Origin: Lingula anatina
Taxonomy: Eukaryota > Animalia > Brachiopoda
Direction of reading: 5' to 3'
Length of the DNA stretch: 64,000 nt
Assembly: GCA_051362555.1 (NCBI GenBank)
Contig: CM120640.1
Span: 69,790,788-69,854,787, forward strand
The notes under the pieces were generated by a model. It was not told the DNA's origin and did not search any database. It worked only from the letters and a program-made list of their open reading frames with translations. Positions 15,701-27,700 of the stretch are shown here, piece after piece; position 1 is the first letter of the stretch; every line of letters starts with the position of its first letter. The position numbers were made by a program, and so were the translations under genes.

Positions 15701-18700
15701 TTTAGCATTTCAATTAACAGTTTTTTCCTTTTCTTCCCTCTATTTGTCATTGTATTTTATTCATCGTCTTTTATGACTCTTGGCTTTAATTTTGTCATCA
15801 TACTTTCATGAGAGAGTTTTTATTAACTTATGTATACATTCCTTAACATTAACCCAGCAGGTGTTTGGTTTATGATTGTGTAATATTTGCATTTTTGATA
15901 CTTTGTAATATTGTAATATCCCATTTGATTTTAAGTTGATATAAAAGTTATTTTGCACCCTGTAGCGTATTCCCCACTAATCTTCTGTTTGTTCCAACTT
16001 GAAAAGTAAAATAATCAAATCTAGCATGGCTTTAAAGGTGTGAAATAAAAACTCTTAGATACAGACTGCAATACACTGTATACACAGTTACTAGATATGA
16101 TTCTATTTTTAATTCATTTTTATTTTGATTTAATTTTTATAACTGTTTATAGTGGTTATAGCACACTAAGTAGCTAGCTGTTATGTTTCTAGCCTCCTCC
16201 CCCTGGTCCTGGTGCCCCGCCTACTGACAGTGCTGCTATGGTGACTGTAGGAGATACTAGTGGGCGGGAACCACACAAGACACACCCACAAAGACACTCC
16301 CCTCTGCTTCAGGAGATGCACTATATGTATAAATTTGACAAGGTACATTGATGACTGGTCACTTGTCACATGTCATGTGCTTTTTTATTTCCATTTCCCC
16401 CCACTTAATTTGGATGCATGATATTCAATATGGAGGAGAGTTTTTGGCAAATTCTCTGCCCTTATTTACTGAATTAATATATGAAGTTTTTGAAGTTTCC
16501 TAAAAAGGGAATAGAGACTGTGGTAACATATTCCCTAACAAGAAACTCGTTGTGAACAAAATCTTAAGCACAATATTGCAAGTATATTTTTATTACTTTA
16601 TTTGTTGCAATTATCTTTCTGCTTCTAATTTATCAGCATTCAGTTCAAAGATGTTGTCCATTAAAAAGAGTGACACCATTACTGCCCTTTGTCTTTTAAT
16701 GAGCTTACCAATGTTTACCAGGAAAAACTACTGAAAGACAAGGCCCGTATGCAGCAGAAGCAGAACTCTCCTGACAAGGAGGTAGAAAATGGTGCCAGTG
16801 CCAGCAAGCCTAAGTTGAAGAACAGCGGCCAAAAAGAAGGTTCTCCTGTGAAATCTGAAGTCCAGCAACAGAAAGTGGACAGTAAGAAAGGTAGGGCATT
16901 TTTGATGAAAAAAAGAATTTATAAATATATTTGGCAGAATTATTGGTAATTGATCAGTGTAAATAAATTAATACAAATTTATTAGTTTATTGAAGTGGAA
17001 TGTTTTTTTCCAGGAAAGAGAAAAAATGATGAAGATGATGGCGGATTCCTTGAGGCAGCTTCATCCAGGTCGGAGCGCCGTGTCAGTCCTCAGAGAAGTC
17101 TGGACAACAATGAGGCATTCCTCATCAAAACCCCAGGGTACAATACCCCGGGGCCCAATGGGCTGGAGATCATCTCAGAGTCCGGCTCCAACAGTATTAG
17201 TTACAAATCCCAAGTCCCAGTGAAGTCCGATGCTCCTATCCCAGCTGACAAGTATGCCCGCTACAAGCAGCAAGTGAAGAATGTGATCTTAAACCGGCTG
17301 GAGTTCAGCTCAGATACTGGGTATCTGTACCAGAAACAGAAGACGCGCTATGATGGCAGGAGAGGCACTAGGAGCACCAAGGACTACGACTCTGATACAG
17401 GCTACAGAAGTGACTATGCCCTGTACAGACCCAAGCTCCACCAGCAACAACAACCCAGACCTTTGACAGTGGGCAGCTTTGCCAGTGACTGGGAAATGAG
17501 AGCCAAAATTCAACAGAGTGCCACACAGGAAGGCTACACCAGTGACTCAGAGGGTTTACTACAGAGAGGAAAACTAGATTATGACCACCCCCTGGGTCGA
17601 CCAGGGCAGCTGAAGTACCCTGCCCTAAGCCTACCAGAGAACATGCACAATGCCAACCCAGGGAGCAGTTTTACCATGCAGCAGCAGCAGCAACAGCATC
17701 AACCCTCCCCAGCCTGGAGTTACACCACCACAACCAACATCACCCCCAGCAGTGTGCCGTATGCCAGACGGACCCTGATCCGTAATGATGAGCTGTATGA
17801 CAGCCAGCAGACACCTGGCACAGGTGGGCCGAGGAAGGACACTGACAGTACCCCCACTGTGCTGTCCAGGTCAGCTCATAACCTGTACGGAGACACCGCC
17901 ACCCATCAGACACGTATTGAGGTGAAGCCTAACAAGGATGACTGGAGGACAGAGCTGTTTTCTGTGCTGGAGAGGAAGAGGCAGGAGGCAGCTAGTGGCA
18001 AGAGAGAAGGGCAGCCAGGACCAGGGAAACCACCAGAGCAGGTAGTATATCTGGCTCTTCTTGAATCTGTTGAAGTAATAATATTTTAAAATTTTTTTCA
18101 TGGATGTCAAGTTGTTATGAGAACAACAATATATGAAAATGTCCAAAAATTACTATTGGAAAGTATTTTTATGTGAAGGCACAATGTGTCTGTACATAAA
18201 GTCATTACATGAGTCTGATGTCAACATCAGCATTGCCTTGCACTTTTCACCATTAAATCAATTTTATGGAAAACGTTCTGATTTCATTTTCTTAATGGAG
18301 TGATTTATGAGTCTAAAGTACAGGTCAGGTATAAAAAGAAGTTTTATGGCATTATTTTTGTTGAAGTTATGCAGTTTTTTTGTTGAAGTTTTCATATTTC
18401 TTGTATTGGCATTTAATGTGTATTTATAAAATCTAATGAGCTTGGACCCCAATATTATTTACATTTTCAGAATGTCATTGTTACCTGTCATTATTAAAAA
18501 TTGGCGGTTATTATGCTGTTAATTATTATGTGATATTGCATCAAAATTGCCAAAAGATTTATTAGGCATTAGCATCATTTTCTGCTTTATATGTATGTAC
18601 ATTTGGAAGCTTTGCTATTTTGTATACTACATTATTGAAATATGACAGAAGAGTGCATGATGTTCAGTTTCTTAGCATTTCAAATAATGTCATTTTTCCA

Positions 18701-21700
18701 AGTATTGGAATATTTTCACTTTTCCATCCACTTGGGTCACAACCAGATCTCCATCCTGGTTGATGGTACATCCCCATGGTTTATATAGTCCATCAGCTTG
18801 GGTTGCTATGTACTGGATGAACTTCCCATCTGGGGATACAAGGTGTATGCAGTGGTTATCGCGATCAGTGACCAGTATGTTGTCATAGGCATCAACGCAG
18901 ACACCAGGAGGTGGACTTAACTTATCAGGTCCTGTGTACTGATACAGTGGGTCACCAGATGGGGTTAGGATGTGAAGTTTGTTTGGTGATATATCATTGA
19001 CAACAAGGCACCCATTCCTCACACTAGTGGGCTGGATTTGGTCTTAAAGTGCAATTTAAGTTCACAAGTGATCTTACACGATCTTAAACATTACAGCAGT
19101 AGTCTTAAAATGGACTGAATCTGCTTTTAAGATCAAAAATGATCTAACATCTACTTAAGTGGTCAAGCAGTTTCCTCCCCTCACAATGGGGGATACATCC
19201 CCTCACAATATAGGACACCTCTGCTCAAAATAGGAGAATGTGTAAGGGGAGACAACTTAATTGGCTGTTAGACCAGAAATAGTCTTACTCATGGTTTAAG
19301 ATTATGTAAGACTATTTGTGAACTTAAATTGCACTTTAAGACCAAATCAAGCCCACTAGTGTCATATATGCCACTTGATATGGATTACTGAACAACTGCT
19401 CCCCATCTTTGTCCTTTATCACACCAGTTAAAGTTATTTGCCCTTTTATATCAATACTGATAATGCTCACAGGTTTTTCTTTATAACCCTGTGCCACAGC
19501 AATTTTAGTGCAGCTCTTATTGAGAGCCACACCATATGGGTTGTTGACATCTACAATTTGCTGTACTTCCCACTGTGGTGACAGAATGAACAGTTTGTTA
19601 TTGCCTGAACCAGATAGAACCAACCTTCCATCAGGGAAGTGACAGATCCCTACTGGAAATTTCAGCTGTGTGTCTGAGACACTTGTAATCTCTTGCTTTG
19701 ATGTACCATCTGAACTAAAAACCTTGACCTTGTTATCCCTGTCATGTATAGTAACATATTCCCTGTTTGGACTCACTGAAATGTCCACTGGCCTCTCACA
19801 GCCAGTGTAAAACTCCAGCATACATTCAGCCTTTGGTTTGATCTTGGGCAAAGCTGGTTGTCTAGATATCTGCACATTCCCCAGGCCAGCCCCACTGGAT
19901 ATCTCTTGGTCCACATCTGTGTTGGTGGTGAGTGTGAGTTTTAGTTCCTCTGGAATATCATCCACAGCTGAAGTGGACTGTAGCTCATCTAGTCTCTGTC
20001 CAAGTTGGTGTTGTAACATGAGGACATCTATGGGAGCACCATGCTGAAGTATGTTTTTTAGTACATCTGTTGTGCTTTTGATAGAGGAGCAAGTGGCACT
20101 GCAGTTTTTGCGTGAAATTTGTAAATTATTTCTGTGAGAGCTGGTGGTTTGATGAAGCTCCTGTACTAAGGTTTTCTCTCGTTGATTAACCAGTTGACGT
20201 AGATGATTTGCACGAGCTTTGATCTTCTGCTGAACAAAGCTTTCATTTTCTTGGAGGGTTGCCAATATTTCATCAATCTTAGCTATTGTTTTCTCACCTG
20301 TTTCAAATTTTTTCTCCATGCCACAGAATTTGGTCAGAAGTTTTGGCTTTACCATCTTTGCAGCTTTTTCAAGGGTGATAATTTTGTGACCATCATGGTG
20401 TAGAATTCTGCAGTCACGACAAATGCTGACATTGCAGTCTGAACAAAAGTATCGTATCATCTCACCTTTGTGCTCTGGGCAGATAATCTTTTGCTGCTCT
20501 TGGATTTCTTTTTCATACTCACTGCTGTGAAGTTGTTGAAAAGTCAGCACCTTGTGGTCTTTAGTGAACTTGGTACCACAGTGAAATGGAGAACACTTCT
20601 CACATAGGTAGTCATGGCATGTGATGCATTTTGAAGTAGCCACTGTTTCTGTTTGGGACACCAAAGCACAAGAGCTGCACTTTTTCGTATGTGTTAACTG
20701 AAGTACAGTGTCCTGCAAGCTTTCAATGAAGAAATTGTGAGTGAAGCCCTCAAGGCCATCTTTAGGTACTTCAGTTTCTCTCTGACACACAGGACATGGT
20801 AATTTACTTCCTGGTGTTAAATCAGAAATATAAGTCTTCAGACAACCCTTACAAAATGTATGCCTACATGGTAAATCTGTTGGGTCCTTATACTCCTCAA
20901 GACACAAAGAACAGCTCACAAAGTAGTTGACAATTTCAGTTCTTAAACTTTCTGCTTGTGGACTTTCAGTTACACCCTTGAGGTCTGCAGTAGCCATTTT
21001 CCTTTTTGATTCAGTCTCCAGTTGTTGTCCTGCGCAGATGTCTGTTAGTTCACCTGATTTGACCTAGTTCTTTTCTATAAGTTACCTGTATAGGGATTTG
21101 GGTCAGCATTTTTTCTGACCTTAACTGTGTTCATGTTATTGATTTTACATTAAAACTGCCACTGAACATGATGGGAATTTGTATTTATTATGAAAATATT
21201 TTGTCAAGTTTTTTTGTCCTGTGAATGAAGGAGCTTTAGTATGAAATGCTGGTTAAGCTACAGGTGTTGTTTATATGTTTATGTAGGGAGACAGTCAGAG
21301 GGTGTGTGTGTAGTAAGAGAAGTCAACTATGTTCAGTGATATATTGTGTAAGCACTGGTAAATCTACAGATAGTTTGGAGGTATATGGTGTATTTGTCTT
21401 ATGTAGGGAGACAGTCAGTGTGTGTGTGTGTGTAGTAAGAGAAGTCAACTGTGTTCAGTGATATATTGTATAAGCACTGGTAAATCTACAGATAGTGTGG
21501 AGGTATATGGTGTATGTATACTGTATATGTATATCTCTAAGGTTACTTCTCATATGGGGCAAGATTTTTAGAATTTTATGACAAACATTTCATTTTTCTT
21601 TTTTTTATTTCATTTTTATTTCATTTTTCTTATTTCATTTCTTGTATTTTTACTTCTGAGTATTTCATCATTTCAAAGTCATTTCAATTATCTCCCCTCA

Positions 21701-24700
21701 CACATTCCTCTTTAATTCCTGAAGCCCTAGTTACACACCCTGAATGTCCATGTTACCAGGAGTGCATAATGGATTTTTGATGGTAATTATGCCTTTGAGC
21801 ATTATGTAATATTGCAACAAAATAGTCCCCCCCCCAAAAAAAAAAATATATATTGTTCGATGGCATCATTTTTTTCTGCATTGTGTCTGTACATTTGACA
21901 GCTTTGCTGCTTTGTTTTGTGTTTCCTTTGCACAATTCTCACATAAACCATCATCTGTATTCATTTCTAATCTCCATCTAGGCTCCTCAGGACAGAAGTT
22001 TCAGCACCCACACCAGTGATGACGAGGTGTTTGCCCCTCCCCCCTACAGACCTGCACCCCCTTACTCTCCTAAGTCTGCCAGGAGAGAGCAGACACCTGC
22101 CAGCATGCTGGGGAACAGGTCAGGCAGGGATCTGGTGCCAAGGGACAGCAACTCTAACTCTCCACAGGTGGGATCAGGAGATGGCAGTGGGGTTATCAGC
22201 AACAACAAACGTGGTGGAGGTGGGGTGTATCCTCCAAACTACGGTCCCAGGCCGGACCACAAGCCTAGGATATTCAAACCTGCAGGAGATGGTCAAGAAA
22301 GTGACCAGCGGTCAAGGCAGGTGATCAGGTTGAATGGTCCACCCCCACAGACACTGCCTCACAAGATAGACATGTCCAATCTAAGCAGGACAGGCCTGGT
22401 AGGGGGTGGCCACCAACAGCAGCATAAGATGGACTCTCCTAATCTGAACAGGTCCAGGCCTGATATGAGTGACCCTGTCTCTGCCTCCCTACAGAGGCCT
22501 GGTGCTGGGGCAGCTTATCCACCACATGTACAGCAGAGACTAGGGGGTAATAGGGGGGAACAGAGGCCTCTGGGAAGTACTAGTTCTGATGGCTCAGACA
22601 AAGATAGGACTAGAAGGTTTGTTGATGCTGATGGTGGCATGGCAACAAATAATTTCCAGTCTTCCTCACCAATGAATAGACATAGTACTGAAGTGAGGCC
22701 TGGTGTGGCTTACGGTCCACCACCACCATCATCATCAAGTACTATGCATAATGACTCCTCGGCTAACATGCACAGGGTTAGTGTCTTGAACAGAGCCAGT
22801 CAGAACATGATGGACAGACCATCACCAAATGTACACAACATGAGACTCTCTCCACACCACGACTCCCTCCCACATTCCACGGGACCTCCTTATGAACATG
22901 ATCACCAGAGGGAGCTGGGGTACGACTCTCAGAGCAATCAGAGCTCAGACTTAAGTGCAAAGAACACGTCTCTGGATCATACCAGTGAGAGTGAGCCCCC
23001 TCCCCCGGAGAGTCACCATGAGATTAGGAACTATGAAGATGTGGCCAGGTTTAAGCAACAGCAGCAGCCAGACCCTCTGTCACAAGTGTCCAGTTCTACG
23101 GACAGTGGCTATGGACACGGACATCACATTTATGAGAAGGTTAATGATCTGAGAATGGGAGGTGAGTTGTTACATTTTGGATCTGAAAATTGCTTTTAAG
23201 TACATTGTAACATTGTAACTTACCTTTTATGTATATTAACACAGGTACAGAGAGAGGATCAGAGTGACTTTGAGGTTTACGAAAAAAAAATCTCTCTTTA
23301 ATCATTTAGTCTTAAAAACAACTTAAGGCAGAGCAACAATTAAGTTTGACATTTAAAAGAGAATGTTCCTGTCATCTTCCAGGTTACCCTCCTAGTCACC
23401 TGCCTCCTCCCATGAGAGCCCCACCCTCCCCTCCAGGCCACCCCCAGCCCAGCCCCCTTACTGTCCACCCCCAGCCCAGCCCCCTTACCATCCACTCCCA
23501 TCCACCAGAACACAATCAGCTCCACAGGAACCCTCCAGATATCACCAGCCCTGTGGATGGACCTTATAATGGAATGGACCAAAACTACCCCACAAGGGGA
23601 CAGATTTACCCTGGTGGTCAGTATGACCCTAGGATGACCAATAACCTCAGGGACTTCAAGCCGGCCAGATCTTCCCCAGTAGCTCCTCTAATAAGAAACC
23701 ATCAGCCTCCCTTGCCACCCCAGCAAGGTGCCAGCAGGGGGAATCCGTACCCTGGTCCACCTAAGGAGCCAATCTATGTGTCCAGGAACCAGCTGTTCAG
23801 ACAGCACAATGATGTGGGGCCAGGCAGAGAGAATGGTCTTCCTGACCAGCAGCAGCCACAACAGAACCTGTATCTGGGGCAGAGCAAATATGAAGTGGTG
23901 GGTGCATGGGCTGAGATAGATGGGATCCTACTGTGGTAGAATAAAAAAGATACATGAAACAGATATTTTCATGGTTAATTGTACCACCAGCGTAGGCGCT
24001 GGCGGTACCCATGGTTTTAGTCCCGACCCGTATGTTCCGCCGGCTCCTGCGGCTCCGCGGCAAAGTCACCGTTACCACTTCTCCTCCTAGATGGTAAGGG
24101 CCCCCGTACCCATCTCTTGGATTTAGGTCACCTATAATCTCAACTCGTTCCATGTAAAATTTGGGCTTTGTCGGTATTGGGGTCTAGGTGTGGCACTCAT
24201 TGCAATGCACCCTTGTCTAAAAATGGCAAAATTAAAGGCTAATTATCTACCCTACGGAAGGAGTTATGGGAAAAATTTCTACAGACAGCTTTCCAAAAGT
24301 CATATGTGTAGATTTCAAATATGCCCTTGGATTTGACCTTTGACCTTTATTTCAAGGTCAAACGGGCCAAAATTTTCAAAAAAATGAAATTTTTTACGAA
24401 AAAAATTTTTTTTGCCATGTTATTCAGATACCACACAGACTTAACCAATAATATTATTGGAAAGTGTAACCCTTCGGGTCATCTTTCATCTCCGTGAATT
24501 TGGGGTCAATCGGTGCATTTTCACGGGAGTAGCGGCCATAAAGTACCTAAACTGAAAACTGTCTCTAATTTGGGAACCATTAATGCTAGAGACCCATTCT
24601 TTTTTGCATTTTGTAGAGCATGTAAAGCCCAACACTGGAAGTGGTCTACGTTTTTTTGTATTCCATACGGTTTTCAAGTTACGCTGTATCAAAAAGTACA

Positions 24701-27700
24701 TATTGGTGGTGAAAGCAAAATGTGCAGTACGGTAATGGATAATAAATTTTGAACTCTGGAAAAATAATACATAAGGCTTGGCAAAGCAGACAACTTGTGG
24801 TCAAAAATGACATTATTTCATCAAATTTGAACTTCTGGAACTTCAGAGCACCTCCTATTTTAAGAATTTTGACCAAAATGATGTTTTCTTTATTTTAATT
24901 AATCTTTTCTGTAGGAAATTTATGGCACATTATGGTAACTCCAAAATTATAACATTTAGTCCCTTATATCTCCAAAACTGGCAGAGATAGGTTACTATTG
25001 AAGTTGAATAGGAAGTCACATACTGGCAATCCAAATGTGACCTTGAAATTGACCTTTGACCTACTTTTCACCATGAACTGAACTTTGCAAATTTTGCTTC
25101 TCTTTTATCTCCAAAACTGGCAGAGATATGTCCATAGTTACTATTGAAGTTGAATGGGAAGTCATATACTGGCAATCTAAATGTGACCTTAAAATTGACC
25201 TTTGACCTACTTTTTACCATGAACTGAACTTTGCAAATTTTGCTTCCCTTATATCTCCAAAACTGGCAGAGATAGGTCCATAGTTTCTATTGAACTTGAA
25301 TGGGAAGTCATATACTGGCAATCTATATGTGCCCTTAAAATTGACCTTTGACCTATTTTTCACCATGAACTGAACTTTGCAAATTTTGCTTCCCTTATAT
25401 CTCCAAAACTGGCAGAGATAGGACCATAATTTCTATTGAACTTGAATAGGAAGTCATATACTGGCAATATAAATGTGAACTTAAAATTGACCTTTGACCT
25501 ACTTTTCACCATGAACTGAACTTTGCAAATTTTGCTTCCCTTTTATCTCCAAAACTGGCACAGATTGGTCCATGGTTACTGTTGAACTTGAATAGGAAGT
25601 CATATACTGGCAATCTAAATGTGACCTTAAAATTGACCTTTGACCTACTTTTCACCATGAAATGAACTTTGCAAATATTGCTTCCCTTTTATCTCCAAAA
25701 CTGGCAGAGATAGGTCCATGGTTACTGTTGAACTTGAATAGGAAGTCATATACTGGCAATCTAAATGTGACCTTAAAATTGACCTTTGACCTACTTTTCA
25801 CCATGAACTGAACTGTGCAAATTTTGCTTCCCTTATATCTCCAAAACTGGCAGAGGTAGGTCCATAGTTACTATTGAAGTTGAATGGGAAGTCATATACT
25901 GGCAATCTTACTGTGACCTTGAAATTGACCTTTGACCTACTTTTCACCATGAACTGAATTTTGCAAATTTTGCTTCCCTTTTATCTCTAAAACTGGCAGA
26001 GATAGGTCCATAGTTACTATTGAACTTGAATAGGAAGTCATATACTGGCAATCTAAGTGTGACCTTGAAATTGACCCTTGACCCACTTTTTATCATGAAC
26101 TGAACTCTGCTAATTTCTTTCTCTTTTAACTCCAAACCTGGCAGAGATAGGTCCATAGTTACTATTGAACTTGAATAGGAAGTCATATACTGGCAATCTA
26201 AATGTGACCTTAAAATTGACCTTTGACCTACTTTTCACCATGAACTGAACTTTGCAAATTTTGCTTCCCTTATATCTCCAAAACTGGCAGAGATAGGTCA
26301 ATAGTTACTATTGAACTTGAATAGGAAGTCATATACTGGCAATTTACTGTGACCTTGAAAATGACCTTTCACCTACCTTACAATGAACTTAAATTTGATT
26401 GTACCATTTTTAGTTTCATATATTTTTTGCATATATTGAAAATTCTTGTTGATTGCATGTTTACAGCTTGTCAAGCACAAGACTGGTGGCTGTGTCCCTT
26501 ATTTTGTGTATGTGGGGGTCTATACGAATGCGCTTGCTCCAGCTGGTGGTACAATATTCGGAGGCGGTATCGCCTCTCTGATCCTCTAGTTTTTAAACAC
26601 TATTAATGGATTTGAAGTTATCCTGTGGAGGTGAATTTTTTTTTTCTTAACTGTTATCTTTTGGTTGTAGAGAAATAAACTTTGAACTATATTTTTAAAT
26701 TTTATACCTCTGTATTAGCCATATGTTCTGGTGTGTTACAGCTTCCAGCCACCGTGTTGAAGAATCCAGGTCTAGGGTTCAGTATAGCTGGTGGGAGGGG
26801 ATCCCAGGGCAATCCATACAGACCTGAAGACCAGGTGATACACACAGTCCTCAATTACCTGACTTAACACCATGTATACTCTTAGGCACAATATCCAAAC
26901 AACCAACACCCAATAAATATTTGGGAGAAAATAGAAAAAATTGTCTAATTGTGTGATATTGTATGCTGTTTTACCTATGTTAAGAACTTACATAAACAGT
27001 AACCAAGATTTGCCTAGCTGATGTTGAATGCTGGTTTTGTTCTTTGTTTTCCTTTTTAAATAGGTAAATCTATCTACTACTAGTTTGACGTGCCCTGACA
27101 GCAACCATCATTTTATGTTTTATATTACTTTGATATTGATAATTGACATTGAAAGCCAGTTATTTTCTCTTTTCTTTTTAAACAGGACATGATCTGATCA
27201 CACATATCAGCTAATGCTTCATATGACTTACCTATAAACTTCATTCTGAACTAGCAATATATGAAATATAATTTTCTTTTTCAGGGTGTTTTTGTGACCA
27301 AGGTCCAACCTGAAGGGCCAGCAGCTGCAGAACTACGACCTGGAGACAAAATTTTGGAGGTGGGTTTTAGAACCAGGCACCTGTCGTAGTGTCTTCTAGA
27401 TTAACAATTCAATTCAATTCATTTCTGCACTGGTACATAGATTGTCATTATATTATATTATATTATATTATATTATATTATATTATATTATATTATATTA
27501 ATGAGTAAAATGATAAAGTTTGCTGTGCTGCTGCTGAGTTTTAGTGAAATAAGAGTTGTTTTATTGCATTATGTTTTTAACACGTGTTCTTTGTTTTGAA
27601 GGTCAACGGACAGAACTTTACTCAAGTTGACCACAGTCGTGCAGTGTCCATCTTAAAGAACAGTGGCCAGACTGTGTCCCTGCTGGTGGAGAGAGAAAGA

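Noticed and set aside
18690-19022. 110-aa ORF as an independent small gene
   Set aside because: It is the NHL C-terminus of TRIM copy 1, cut off by the CACTA-type insertion; its start codon comes from the TIR
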